Below are positions 6,854 through 16,971 of a stretch of 32,000 nucleotides of DNA, one piece after another. Position numbers and translations under genes: made by a program. The stretch lies in assembly GCA_048938295.1 (NCBI GenBank), contig JBHLMI010000013.1, positions 1 through 32,000 on the forward strand, read 5' to 3'. This DNA is from Promethearchaeota archaeon (GTDB taxonomy: Archaea; Asgardarchaeota; Hermodarchaeia; Hermodarchaeales; Hermodarchaeaceae). The number at the start of each line of letters is the position of its first letter. Positions within the stretch are counted from its first letter, which is position 1. The notes beneath the pieces were generated by a model. It searched no databases. It had not been told where the DNA came from and saw nothing but the letters and a program-made list of their open reading frames with translations.

Positions 6854-8584
6854 CTAGTGGATATGTTTTAACAAGCGTCGAAAATCGCTGAACTTCCTAG
6901 TATTTATTATATCATCAGCTTGTAACCAAGCACGTCGAGCAATAGCAACCCCATATCTCATGAAGTCTAATTGGATCGATCGATGCGCATCAGTGTTAAT
7001 CACCATTTTCAGTCCATGTTCTTTGACCCGGCGAGCTGCAACCGCCGTTAAATCATGTCGATCAGAACCATTAATTTCAAGATACACATGATATTTCTTC
7101 GATGCCTCAATAAGTCGATCTAGATCAACATTGTATCCCAGCCGTTGATTGACTATTCGACCAGTTGGATGGACGAGGATATCCACATATTTATTTTTCA
7201 TAGCTGAGATGAGACGATCTGTGATCTCTTCGCTTGGTTTCTTGGTTCCATAATGCAATCCGATTGAAACAACATCAAGTTGTGATAATATGTTATCGGA
7301 AAAATCTAGTGAGCCGTCTGCAAGAATTTCGACCTCAGCACTGGCAAGGATGTGGATATCTTTGATTTTATCATCCAGTTTTCGGATTTCGGCGATTTGT
7401 TTCGACAGTTCTTTTTCTTTTAAGCCTCCGGCGATAGTCACAGCTTGCGAATGATCACTGATAGCTATATATTCATAATTTCGGTGTTGGGCGGCTTTTA
7501 CCATGACCTCGATGCTTGCTGCACCATCACTCCATGTGGTGTGAATCTGTAAATCACCCCGGATATCTTCCAGTGTTATTAATTGTGGAATTTTACCCTT
7601 TTGAGCAGCTTCAATTTCCCCAGAGTCTTCCCGTAACTCAGGAGGAATCCATTCCATTCCTAGAGCCTTGTAAATTTCTTCCTCAGTTTTACGAGCGATT
7701 ACCTCACCTGTTCTATTATCGAACAGACCATATTCGTTGAGTTTCCAGCCACGTTTTTGTGCAACCCGTCTCAAGGTAATATTATGACCCTTCGATCCTG
7801 TAAAATACAGAAATGCTGCTCCAAAGGCCGCAGGTGGAACTACGCGTATGTCAACTTGGATACCTTCCTTTAGAATAATACTAGATTTGGTATCTCCCTT
7901 TGCTAAAACGCGTTCAACCCCGGATAAGTTCACAAAGCGATTCATTACAGGTAGCGGGTTACTTGAAGCCACAAGGATATCGATATCTCCAACAGTCTCG
8001 CGCCAGCGACGAAAGCTGCCCGCCACTTCAACTCGTTTGACTTCCGATATTCCCTTTAAGTGATGAAGTAGGTTTTGTACGAGCGGATAAGCCTTACCAA
8101 TAAAGGTTCGCTTTGTGTGTTCTTCAAAGAAGGAAATGGCCTCCCGCAAGTTTTCTTCGGATTTTTCACCAAATCCTTCTAATTCCCGAATCTTATGGTC
8201 CTCAATGGCTTTCTGAAGATCCACAATGGAATTAATATCTAATTCCTTGGAAAGCCGTTGTACTGTTTTAGGTCCGATTTCTGGAACCTGCAGGAGTTCC
8301 ACCCAACCTTGAGGGATTTCTTTTCTTAATTTATGTAGATACGTGAGGTCCCCAGTTTCGAGTAGTTCTCGGATTTTCTCTGCGATGCGTGTACCTACCC
8401 CTGGAAGCGCTTCTAGTTCCTCGTGCGTCGCAAGCTCAGTTAGTTCATCGGTGAGATTTTCAATTGTACGTGCGGCCTTACGGTAAGCACGTGGCTTGAA
8501 TTGAACTCCTTGTAGTTCCAAAATATCGGCAATTTCGTTTAGAATCTGTGCGATTTCGCTATTTCGCATTAGGTCTCGTTCCAT
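6854..8584 (-). CDS. polX: DNA polymerase X with C-terminal PHP (3'-5' exonuclease) domain
   Basis: N-terminal HhH/8-kDa domain, AGSFRR, GDIDIL, QVDIRVV, YFTGSK, LNEYGL. PHP motifs DLQIHTTWSDG, ISDHS, HPTGR, INTDAH. Confidence 0.95.
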   Translation of the reverse strand: MERDLMRNSEIAQILNEIADILELQGVQFKPRAYRKAARTIENLTDELTELATHEELEALPGVGTRIAEKIRELLETGDLTYLHKLRKEIPQGWVELLQVPEIGPKTVQRLSKELDINSIVDLQKAIEDHKIRELEGFGEKSEENLREAISFFEEHTKRTFIGKAYPLVQNLLHHLKGISEVKRVEVAGSFRRWRETVGDIDILVASSNPLPVMNRFVNLSGVERVLAKGDTKSSIILKEGIQVDIRVVPPAAFGAAFLYFTGSKGHNITLRRVAQKRGWKLNEYGLFDNRTGEVIARKTEEEIYKALGMEWIPPELREDSGEIEAAQKGKIPQLITLEDIRGDLQIHTTWSDGAASIEVMVKAAQHRNYEYIAISDHSQAVTIAGGLKEKELSKQIAEIRKLDDKIKDIHILASAEVEILADGSLDFSDNILSQLDVVSIGLHYGTKKPSEEITDRLISAMKNKYVDILVHPTGRIVNQRLGYNVDLDRLIEASKKYHVYLEINGSDRHDLTAVAARRVKEHGLKMVINTDAHRSIQLDFMRYGVAIARRAWLQADDIINTRKFSDFRRLLKHIH

Positions 8585-8753
8585 TGTTCGGTGAGTGGAG
8601 GAATCTACTTAGTTCTTGCTAGCACTATAATGTTTTTACAATTCTGATTCACCGTTAGCAAGCAGAATCATGTGAACTATGAAGCAAAATAGAAAGGGAA
8701 TATATACTTCACTTGCAAGGGAACGTAATGAATGAAGGCGGAGATAAAGTAGA

Positions 8754-10496
8754 ATGCAATTTTCGCACCTTGTTCAGTTCTTCGAGCGCCTAGAAAATAC
8801 GGCTTCAGGAAATGAAATGATTGAAACTATTTCAGAGCTTTTTCAAGAAGCTGCAAAGGAAGAGATTGATACAATTTCGTATTTTATTTTAGGGCAAATC
8901 ACTGCTGACTACCAATCTATCCAGATGGGCTTAGGTATTGAATTAGTAAAAAGTGCCATTCACAAGGGAACAAAAGTTCCTCTAGACACGATTGAAAAAA
9001 TGATGAAAGAACATGGCGATTTAGGAACTGTACTACAAGAAATAATAGGAGATCAAAAGAAGGATAACGCTGAGAGGAGAAAACCCCTTGAAGTTGTCGA
9101 AGTACATAAGACACTATTACAAATCGCTAAAACAAGTGGTTCTGGTTCTGTACAAATAAAAATTGATTTACTCAGTGATTTAATAGAAAGGGCGCATTCC
9201 AAGGAGGGAAAATACCTAATCCGGTTAGTGACAGGCACCATGCGCCTTGGGGCAGGAACCATGACAGTTCTTGATGGCTTAGCAAAGGCCTTCTTAGGCT
9301 CCAAGAGCAAACGACCAGAGTTGGAACATGCATATAATCTATGCTCCGATATCGGATATGTAGCGAAAACTGTTGCCAAGAATGGCATAAAGGGCATTCA
9401 CCGTATCGAGATTGCCATCAATCGACCTATTCGTCCGATGTTGGCCCAGCGTGTGGATAAAATGTCAGAAATCAAAGAAAAGATGCCCTCAGAAATTATT
9501 GCAGCAGAGGAAAAGTATGATGGAGAGCGGATTCAAGCCCACATTGATGGAGATCAAGTCAGATTATTTTCGAGACGTTTATCTGATGTTACTGATCAAT
9601 TTCCTGATGTCGTTGAACATGTTCTTGAGGCTTTTAAAGGCGAATCAGCTGTTCTCGACGGTGAAGTTGTTGCATATGATTATAAAAAAAATGTATATCG
9701 TCCATTTCAGCAATTAATGAAGCGTCGACGGAAATATCAGATTTCAGAATTTATAGAGAAAATACCAGTGAAATACCAGATTTTTGACCTTCTCTATATG
9801 AATGGGCATTCTTTCCTAGGAAAAAACTATCCTGAACGTCGAAGCAAATTAGAGAAGACCGTTAATGAAACAAAATTCATCGGGTTAGCAGTTCGGATAA
9901 CCAGCACAGACTTGGATGAAATTGATGAATTCTTTCAAGACTGTGTTGATCGCGGATTGGAAGGTATCATCTGTAAATCCTGTACTTCAGACTCTTATTA
10001 TCGGGCAGGTGCGCGAGCGTGGAGTTGGATTAAATGGAAGCCAGAATACGGCTCAGACCTTTCGGATACTATTGATTTGGTTGTGGTAGGTGCGTATTCA
10101 GGAAGAGGTAAACGAGGCGGTACCTATGGAGCTATTTTGTGTGCTGCTTATAATCATGAGGAAGATATTTTCCAAACATTATGCAAGTTAGGAAGCGGTT
10201 TTACCGATAAAGAGCTTGCAGATCTTCCGAAGAAATTAGTAGACGCTCGGAGCAAGAACAAACCAACCAGAGTTCAGGTTTCGGATCAGATAAAACCCGA
10301 TTATTGGTTTATTCCAAAATATGTATTAGAGGTTAAGGGTTCGGAAATTTCTGAAAGTCCAATTCATACCGCGAACTGGAATGCTGAGAAAAAACGTGGA
10401 CTTTCTCTCCGGTTTCCTCGGTTCCAACGATGGCGACCTGAAAAGAGTCAGGATCAGGTTACTACAGTAGAAGAAATTATTCAAATGTCAAAGTGA
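8754..10496 (+). CDS. lig: ATP-dependent DNA ligase (archaeal type)
   Basis: EEKYDGERIQAH (KxDG adenylation site), LDGEVV, IFDLL, EGIICK, WIKWK, DLVVVGAY, SLRFPRF. Confidence 0.97.
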   Translation: MQFSHLVQFFERLENTASGNEMIETISELFQEAAKEEIDTISYFILGQITADYQSIQMGLGIELVKSAIHKGTKVPLDTIEKMMKEHGDLGTVLQEIIGDQKKDNAERRKPLEVVEVHKTLLQIAKTSGSGSVQIKIDLLSDLIERAHSKEGKYLIRLVTGTMRLGAGTMTVLDGLAKAFLGSKSKRPELEHAYNLCSDIGYVAKTVAKNGIKGIHRIEIAINRPIRPMLAQRVDKMSEIKEKMPSEIIAAEEKYDGERIQAHIDGDQVRLFSRRLSDVTDQFPDVVEHVLEAFKGESAVLDGEVVAYDYKKNVYRPFQQLMKRRRKYQISEFIEKIPVKYQIFDLLYMNGHSFLGKNYPERRSKLEKTVNETKFIGLAVRITSTDLDEIDEFFQDCVDRGLEGIICKSCTSDSYYRAGARAWSWIKWKPEYGSDLSDTIDLVVVGAYSGRGKRGGTYGAILCAAYNHEEDIFQTLCKLGSGFTDKELADLPKKLVDARSKNKPTRVQVSDQIKPDYWFIPKYVLEVKGSEISESPIHTANWNAEKKRGLSLRFPRFQRWRPEKSQDQVTTVEEIIQMSK

Positions 10497-10540
10497 CAAT
10501 CCTTAGTAAATTGGGAGTATAGAAAAACGAAAACGCAGAC

Positions 10541-12658
10541 TTGGTTCCTGGAGCTGAGATATTGACCAAGAAAACCCAGGAGTATACTAACCAGCTCATT
10601 CATGAAAAGAGCCCATATCTTTTACAACATGCTTACAACCCAGTGGAATGGTATCCTTGGGGTGACAAGGCTTTTGATAAGGCGAAGAAAGAGGATAAGC
10701 CTATTTTCCTTTCCATAGGGTATAGCACATGCCATTGGTGTCATGTAATGAAGCGGGAATCCTTTGAGAATCCAAGGATTGCTAAATTGATGAACGCAAC
10801 GTTTGTCAACATCAAGGTAGATCGGGAAGAGCGCCCAGATATCGATTCCCTCTACATGTCCGTAGCACAGATGATGACTGGTAGTGGTGGATGGCCACTA
10901 ACCATAATTATGCGCCCAGATAAGATTCCGTTTTTTGCCGCAACCTATATTCCACCAGAGTCTCGATTCGGAAGAATTGGTATGGATGAACTCATACCAG
11001 AAATTCAACGACTCTGGACCCACGATCGTAAACGCCTTGACACCATCTCAAAGAACATCCAAGAAAGCCTAGAAACCTCCAATTTAGGTTCCGTGGGTGC
11101 AGAACTGGGTGAAGGCGTCTTGGAAATGGCGTATGATAGATTACAAGAACGCTTCGATGAGGAGCACGGTGGCTTTGGGTTTCGCCCAAAATTCCCATCA
11201 CCCCATAATTTACTCTTCCTACTCCGATATTGGAAACGTACGCAGAATGGAGATGCCCTGCGGATGGTCGAAACGACCTTACAAGCCATGCGGCGTGGTG
11301 GCATCTTTGATCACGTGGGACTGGGATTTCATCGTTATTCGACGGACCCTAAGTGGCTGCTTCCCCACTTTGAGAAGATGCTCTATGATCAAGCGATGTT
11401 GACCATGGCATATGCGGAGACCTACCAGGTCACCCGCAAGGACGAGTATTCTCAAACGGTTCGAGAGATTCTCACCTATGTCCTCGGGGATATGACCAGT
11501 CCTCAGGGCGGATTCTATTCGGCTGAAGATGCGGACAGTGAAGGAGAAGAAGGAAAATTTTACGTCTGGTCAGAACAAGAAGTCCGCGACATCTTAACGA
11601 AGAAAGAGGCCGACGTATTCCTTAAAGTGTATAACTTTGAATCGCAAGGGAACTTTGTAGAAGAAGCAACTGGAAATCGAATGGGTACCAACATCCCCCA
11701 TTTACAGGAGCCTTTATCCGAGGTGGCAAAATCGCAGATGTTGACCGAAGCAGTGTTAACAAAGCTGTTGGAGGGTGTCCGACGGAAACTGTTCGCGGTT
11801 CGTGAAGAACGGATTCATCCACATAAGGATGACAAAATACTCACCGACTGGAATGGTCTGATGATTGCGGCGCTGGCGAAGGCTGGACGCATTCTTAATG
11901 AGCCACGGTTTATCGATGCTGCTACTCAAGCCGCTCAGTTCATTTTCACAGAGATGTACAAAGATGGCCGTCTTTTGCATCGTTACCGTGATGGGGAAGC
12001 AGCGATTCCCGGTTTCCTTGACGATTATGCCTTCATGATTTGGGGACTGCTCGAGCTTTATGAAACGACCCTTATCCTTGAATATCTCGAAAAAGCCCGT
12101 GCGTTGAATGAGGTATTACTCTCACACTTTTGGGATGAAAAAGGCGGGGCATTTTTCTTCATGGCCGATGATGCCGAAGATCTCCTTATTCGGAAGAAGG
12201 ATGCATATGATGGAGCCATCCCATCAGGGAATTCAGTGGCAATGTTGAATTTGCTTCGATTGGCTCGGATTTCCGGAGAAACCGAGTTAGAATCCAAAGC
12301 CGCAAGAACGGGACACGCTTTTTCTGGGGATGTCCTTGGAGCTCCTGCTGGCTTCACGTTTATGATTAGTGGCGTTGATTTCGCTGTGGGGCCCAGTTAC
12401 GAAATTGTCGTTGTGGGTATTCCAGCAGCACCTGATACTCAACTAATGGTGCGGACAATTCATGATCAGTTTCTTCCCAACAAGGTTCTCCTTCTCATTC
12501 CCCCTGACAAGAATGCGGAGCGAATCACTGAGATAGCACTCTTTGCAAAGAATTACAAAATGATCGATGATAAAGCCACTGCATATATCTGCGCCAATTA
12601 CAGGTGCCAAAAGCCCACTACTGATGTCAAAACCGTGGTCAATTTATTGGGTTCATAA
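10541..12658 (+). CDS. Thioredoxin-domain protein YyaL/SPATA20 (DUF255) family
   Basis: [69 protein letters not shown]. Confidence 0.93.
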   Translation: MVPGAEILTKKTQEYTNQLIHEKSPYLLQHAYNPVEWYPWGDKAFDKAKKEDKPIFLSIGYSTCHWCHVMKRESFENPRIAKLMNATFVNIKVDREERPDIDSLYMSVAQMMTGSGGWPLTIIMRPDKIPFFAATYIPPESRFGRIGMDELIPEIQRLWTHDRKRLDTISKNIQESLETSNLGSVGAELGEGVLEMAYDRLQERFDEEHGGFGFRPKFPSPHNLLFLLRYWKRTQNGDALRMVETTLQAMRRGGIFDHVGLGFHRYSTDPKWLLPHFEKMLYDQAMLTMAYAETYQVTRKDEYSQTVREILTYVLGDMTSPQGGFYSAEDADSEGEEGKFYVWSEQEVRDILTKKEADVFLKVYNFESQGNFVEEATGNRMGTNIPHLQEPLSEVAKSQMLTEAVLTKLLEGVRRKLFAVREERIHPHKDDKILTDWNGLMIAALAKAGRILNEPRFIDAATQAAQFIFTEMYKDGRLLHRYRDGEAAIPGFLDDYAFMIWGLLELYETTLILEYLEKARALNEVLLSHFWDEKGGAFFFMADDAEDLLIRKKDAYDGAIPSGNSVAMLNLLRLARISGETELESKAARTGHAFSGDVLGAPAGFTFMISGVDFAVGPSYEIVVVGIPAAPDTQLMVRTIHDQFLPNKVLLLIPPDKNAERITEIALFAKNYKMIDDKATAYICANYRCQKPTTDVKTVVNLLGS

Positions 12659-13402
12659 GTGTTTTCGGGCACGGATACAGAGAAAGGTGGGATTTCGACA
12701 GACCTTGTCCCAATCCTCAAGATTTACTCGTTTGAAGTCTTCTGTTGGTTGAGTTTCTATGAGTTTGTCAATGTAAAACTCCGCACTACGTAGACTCTCA
12801 AAAAGTGTACCAAGAGGACGACGATAGGATTGGACTGGGACTGGTTTACCGAATCCAGTCCATACGAATTCGACAAGTTCAAGGTTAAAGTAGTTTTTGG
12901 GTTTGATGGTACGTCTTGGGTGTTCTGGATTCGACCATTTGGCAACGGGATGTTCGATCGAGAAGATGAGGTATCCCTCATCCCTGAGGACACGGGCAAA
13001 TTCGAGAAACAGCGGATCCCAATTTCTAATATAATCTAAAACAAGTGATGAGAGTATAACATCCACAGACATGTCGGATAAGAAATCTAAAGGTTCCTCG
13101 AGATTTGCGAGCCGAATTGAAGCCCGTTTCCCTAATCGTTGTTTCGCAAAGCCTAACATTTTGGGACTTATGTCAATAGCTGTCACGGTCGCCCCTTTTT
13201 CGAGAAGAATCTCTGCGTAAAGTCCAGGACCACATCCTGCATCAAGGACATGCTTGCCTTTCACTTCTGGAAGGAGGGATAAGGTGGCTGGTCGTTCAAT
13301 GTAGGCGTTATAAGATTTGTTTTCAATTCGGGCATTGAATTCTTCAGCCATGGTTTCGTAGGCATCTAACGCGATTGGTCGTTCTTTCTCTCGCTTACTC
13401 AT
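12653..13402 (-). CDS. Class I SAM-dependent methyltransferase
   Basis: VLDAGCGPG motif [23 protein letters not shown]. Confidence 0.9.
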   Translation of the reverse strand: MSKREKERPIALDAYETMAEEFNARIENKSYNAYIERPATLSLLPEVKGKHVLDAGCGPGLYAEILLEKGATVTAIDISPKMLGFAKQRLGKRASIRLANLEEPLDFLSDMSVDVILSSLVLDYIRNWDPLFLEFARVLRDEGYLIFSIEHPVAKWSNPEHPRRTIKPKNYFNLELVEFVWTGFGKPVPVQSYRRPLGTLFESLRSAEFYIDKLIETQPTEDFKRVNLEDWDKVCRNPTFLCIRARKHL

Positions 13403-13604
13403 TGTAGATTCCCGGGGTTTAGGGACACTGGTGAATTCAAGAATATTCCGGTATTAAACCAGAGAGAAAGGCGTTGTTGTAGGTAAATCCGATTCCTGGA
13501 GGCAAGAAAAGTTGTAGCTATAGTCGGTGCGAGACATGTCCTGATGGCCACACATTAAGCTCTTAAAGCACATGAGGATTTTACTAAGGAAAAGGTTGTT
13601 AGAA

Positions 13605-14000
13605 ATGGTTGCAGCGCTGAAGAAAAAGATGGAAATGAGCTTTGATGACGCAGTTAAACACGTTGAGACAATCATCCAAGAGGAAGGATTCTCTGTTCTG
13701 ATGACAACACCAATTCATGCAATCTTCAAGGAAAAACTCGGGCTAGAAGGCTATCCACGGTACACAATGATTTGTGCCTGCCGAGCCAAACTCGCAAAAG
13801 CCGCCCTAGATGTATCAAAGAATGTCGGACTCTTGTTTCCGTGTAGTTTCGTCGTGTATGAAGATGCGGGTGAAATCTACGTTGCACATGTTTCCATTAT
13901 GAAGATCGCCCCCGAAGTAGGACTCGCATCAGCTAGTGAGATGCAATCGGTCATTGAGATGGCCAGCGAAATGGTGCAACGAGCCTGGTCCAGATTCTGA
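13605..14000 (+). CDS. DUF302 family protein
   Basis: SFDDAVKHVE..IQEEGFSVL...FKEKLG..Y.RYTMICAC.A.LA..AL...VGLLFPCSFVVYE pattern. Start is ATG 13605 or 13572. Confidence 0.85.
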   Translation: MVAALKKKMEMSFDDAVKHVETIIQEEGFSVLMTTPIHAIFKEKLGLEGYPRYTMICACRAKLAKAALDVSKNVGLLFPCSFVVYEDAGEIYVAHVSIMKIAPEVGLASASEMQSVIEMASEMVQRAWSRF

Positions 14001-14043
14001 AAAAAACACCTGTGGAAGCATCCTTGTAAGATTAGTGGGAATG

Positions 14044-14472
14044 CTAGTGAATAGGTACTTGCGTTTCCATTAAGCTTGTGACTTTTAACTGGTGAATGCC
14101 CCGTAAGCCCTGTAATTTGGATGCCAGCTGCTTAATTTTCACGGCCTGCCCCTTCACTACGATAACAAGAAGACAGTGATGGCTATCCAAGTGAATATGC
14201 GTTGTTGAAGTAATCAGGTCGGTATGCTGATGCTGAACCGCAGTGAGTTCGCTCTCTAGCCCAGACACGGCATGATCATAGATTATCGTTACCGTGCCCA
14301 CAGCTAAGGCGCTGGGATCTGCATCCCACTGATATTCGGAAATGAAATCGCGCATGGCCTGTTGAATGGCCTTGGATCGATCATAACCGATATCTATGAT
14401 CACTGCATCAAAATCCTCAAGGAGCGTGGGAGGCAACGAGATGCTGATTCGGGAAACGCCTGGTTTTGGCAT
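14044..14472 (-). CDS. nikR: Nickel-responsive transcriptional regulator NikR (RHH + ACT)
   Basis: RISISLP..LL..FD RHH strand, RSKAI, YDH, QH, HIHLDSHHC Ni ligands. TATAAATA upstream at about 14513-14522. Confidence 0.9.
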   Translation of the reverse strand: MPKPGVSRISISLPPTLLEDFDAVIIDIGYDRSKAIQQAMRDFISEYQWDADPSALAVGTVTIIYDHAVSGLESELTAVQHQHTDLITSTTHIHLDSHHCLLVIVVKGQAVKIKQLASKLQGLRGIHQLKVTSLMETQVPIH

Positions 14473-14522
14473 GGTGTATCACTTCACTCGGGGCTGTATG
14501 CTAGAATGGCATCATATTTATA

Positions 14523-14681
14523 TCATAGCTGGATTGGCAGAAAATTAAGCAGCTGTGAAAAGCTATCTTGGATCGCAGAATCATCATGAGGAAGACCCAA
14601 AAGGCCTGTTAATGCATTATAGCGTGCCAATGGATTGGTGTCATCCAAGAGCCATTCCGTGACCTTGTCGAAAGCACTCAT
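14523..14681 (-). pseudogene. 52-aa truncated ORF resembling the N-terminus of a prenyltransferase/squalene-cyclase-repeat-like protein
   Basis: MSAFDKVTEWLLDDTNPLARYNALTGLLGLPHDD resembles a recalled WLL..dnP..RY.aL..LL N-terminal motif of about 300-aa proteins. It stops right at the nikR promoter. Confidence 0.4.
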
Positions 14682-14793
14682 AGTCGACTGTTCCGCGTCA
14701 CCTTTGATTTCTAGTTTTCGAAACTAAAAATAGGTCCCTAGGATCGCCACAGCTAGCCTAGGCGAGTCACCAATTTCGAATACTTTGTCAGGT

Positions 14794-14949
14794 CTAACAG
14801 TCGCTAGGTATGTCTACCTGGTTGACGACGAGATAGTGAAATCCGTGTTCTTCAGGTTCTTTGATGAGTTTGGTGACTGGAGCGCCACATTCCGGGCAGC
14901 ATTCAACATGCTCAGGCAATTTCTTGTTGCACATGGGGCAGTGGATCAT
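14794..14949 (-). CDS. 51-aa zinc-ribbon micro-protein, absent from the ORF track
   Basis: MIHCPMCNKKLPEHVECCPECGAPV...; CPxC and CPxCG motifs; GGGTGA RBS 5 nt upstream. Confidence 0.7.
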   Translation of the reverse strand: MIHCPMCNKKLPEHVECCPECGAPVTKLIKEPEEHGFHYLVVNQVDIPSDC

Positions 14950-15078
14950 GTCAGTCACCCTACGAAAGCCGGTAGGTTCATCCCTAAAAACTTCGGTAAA
15001 CCTCCCAGTACTGTTAAAGTCGTTTAGATGGGTATATCCACGAGAAATTAGAGGACCAAGGTGCAGATTGACACCAGT

Positions 15079-15873
15079 TTATAATCCGAGGTAGTCGCCT
15101 TGGATGAATTGGTTGTAAAACCAGGTTACAATGGCGTTCATGGTTTGCTCATATGCTGCGGGATTTGTGAGATTATGATCTGCTCCGGGCACAACAACCA
15201 TTTCTTTGGGTTCGGTGGCCGCATCAAAAAGGCGAGTAACTCCAGCAAGGTCGACTCCCTGATCAGCGTTGCCAGTGATGATGAATAAAGGGCACTCAAG
15301 TTTGTGAATTTCTTTCATTGCATTAAACCGTATGCCATCTCGAATCATATTCCTAAGAACTTCTTGACGTACTTGGGGGTCAGTCAGACCATGGACTTCC
15401 TGTGGGCTAGTCTGCCGAAGTTGTTCAATAGCTGTGGAAACAAGTGGGGATTTGGCAAAGGCCAGGGGATCATAGACGGGAGCGCGAAGCGCCACAGCGG
15501 TTATGAGAGGATTGATACTTGCTTCCATAATCGCGACGGTGGCACCATAACTCGCTGCATAAATGCCAATCCATTCGGGAGAGATGTGTCCCGAGGCCAT
15601 AAGATGTTTTACTGCGGCTTGGGCATCTTTGATTTCACCAGCAAGGCTGAAAATGCCTTCACTGGATCGAAACCCTCGAAAGTCAAAGGTTAGGACCGCA
15701 AAACCTGCCTCTGCTAATCGGGTTGCGATGCCGTTAACCTGGTCTGTAGAACCGGGTAATCCATGAAACTTGCAAATGCCTGCAAAGGGTCCTGGTCCTT
15801 CAGGGAGAACGAAGTTTCCTCGTAATCGCTCCCCTTCAGAGGTGAACTCAGTAGGCTCAACATGAACTGTCAT
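15079..15873 (-). CDS. Alpha/beta-fold hydrolase
   Basis: FHG oxyanion segment, FDFRGFRSSEG, nucleophile elbow AASYG, ITGNADQ (Asp), GADHNL (His). Confidence 0.88.
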   Translation of the reverse strand: MTVHVEPTEFTSEGERLRGNFVLPEGPGPFAGICKFHGLPGSTDQVNGIATRLAEAGFAVLTFDFRGFRSSEGIFSLAGEIKDAQAAVKHLMASGHISPEWIGIYAASYGATVAIMEASINPLITAVALRAPVYDPLAFAKSPLVSTAIEQLRQTSPQEVHGLTDPQVRQEVLRNMIRDGIRFNAMKEIHKLECPLFIITGNADQGVDLAGVTRLFDAATEPKEMVVVPGADHNLTNPAAYEQTMNAIVTWFYNQFIQGDYLGL

Positions 15874-15969
15874 GAGATAGCCTCGCGATTATTGTGTAGC
15901 TCATATTAGATAATCCTTTACTGGTTCGAAAAAAGGGGAGGAGTTTTTTCTGAATGACACGTCATCATC

Positions 15970-16809
15970 TTACTTACGTAATCTATAGAAGATGATTATA
16001 GATAGGATTGCGGCAGGTTCAATACAAACTAGTTGGAACACAGCATTGAAAGACGATAGGAAAATGGAAAATAGGTAGTAAGTGGAACTAACGGAGAGGA
16101 AGAGAGGAATCTGGTATAAGATGATTACATGTGCGGCGAGGATAAAAGCAATTCCAGCTAATAGGCTTAGAGTTGAAGTGGGTACGTACTTTCTGGTTCG
16201 AATGAAGAGTATGCCCCAGTTGATGAACGTCACTGCTAATAGCAAATATCCAATTATTGTTGATATAAAGTATAAGGGGAATAATGGACCAGGGTTATAG
16301 GTTAAGCTAAGCACTTCGGGGTGGTAGAGTGCGAGGTCTGCTAGCACAAGCAACCATCCTGAAAGGAGGGATAGGAGGGAGACACTAAGAGCGTAAATGG
16401 AGCGAAAATACTGGAAATATCCGAAGAAGGCAATGCCTGTAATTGTAATACTGAGGGCAATAACTACCAGAGCCATGGTTCGTGGCTCATTCACTGGAAA
16501 AGCAGGGAAGAAACCGGCTCCCATTGGGAAGAGGTAGAGTAGGTAAAAGCCAGCTATCAGTAAGGACATTGCCAGGATGCCAAGCGTGAAGAAGTTGCGT
16601 GTCAGGGGTGAAAGATGGCCGGGAGGCATTTGGGCAGCTTCAGTGCCAGGTGTTCGAGCGGTCTGGGGTGGACGATAACGTCCCGCATCAAGACAGGACA
16701 AGCAGTAAAATACCCCACCGATGCGCTGTTGGCATTGAGGACATACGCCACCACCACAGGAATGGCACACTCCAATGGCATCCTGTTCAAGATGGGTCGC
16801 ACATTTCAT
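15970..16809 (-). CDS. B-box-type Zn finger fused to a multi-pass membrane domain
   Basis: MKCATH-x7-CHSC-x4-CPQC-x9-CLSC, Pro-rich linker, then about 6 hydrophobic helices. GGAGTG RBS before ATG 16809. Confidence 0.8.
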   Translation of the reverse strand: MKCATHLEQDAIGVCHSCGGGVCPQCQQRIGGVFYCLSCLDAGRYRPPQTARTPGTEAAQMPPGHLSPLTRNFFTLGILAMSLLIAGFYLLYLFPMGAGFFPAFPVNEPRTMALVVIALSITITGIAFFGYFQYFRSIYALSVSLLSLLSGWLLVLADLALYHPEVLSLTYNPGPLFPLYFISTIIGYLLLAVTFINWGILFIRTRKYVPTSTLSLLAGIAFILAAHVIILYQIPLFLSVSSTYYLFSIFLSSFNAVFQLVCIEPAAILSIIIFYRLRK

Positions 16810-16971
16810 AGCACTCCACTCCAACCCATATTTGATTGGCTCCGATTTATATGCCTGATGGTACCGACAGGAACCACGAAGCATCCAGGCGGGTTAGGAA
16901 ACCTGTGAGCTTGTAAGAATTTACAAAGAGTTTTGAGCAGAGCCCACACCTTATCGACAGGAGTGAGACAA

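Noticed and set aside
13605-14472. NikR next to DUF302 as a nickel-uptake module
   Set aside because: The genes are convergent, there is no Ni transporter or hydrogenase gene nearby, and I found no recognisable NikR operator.
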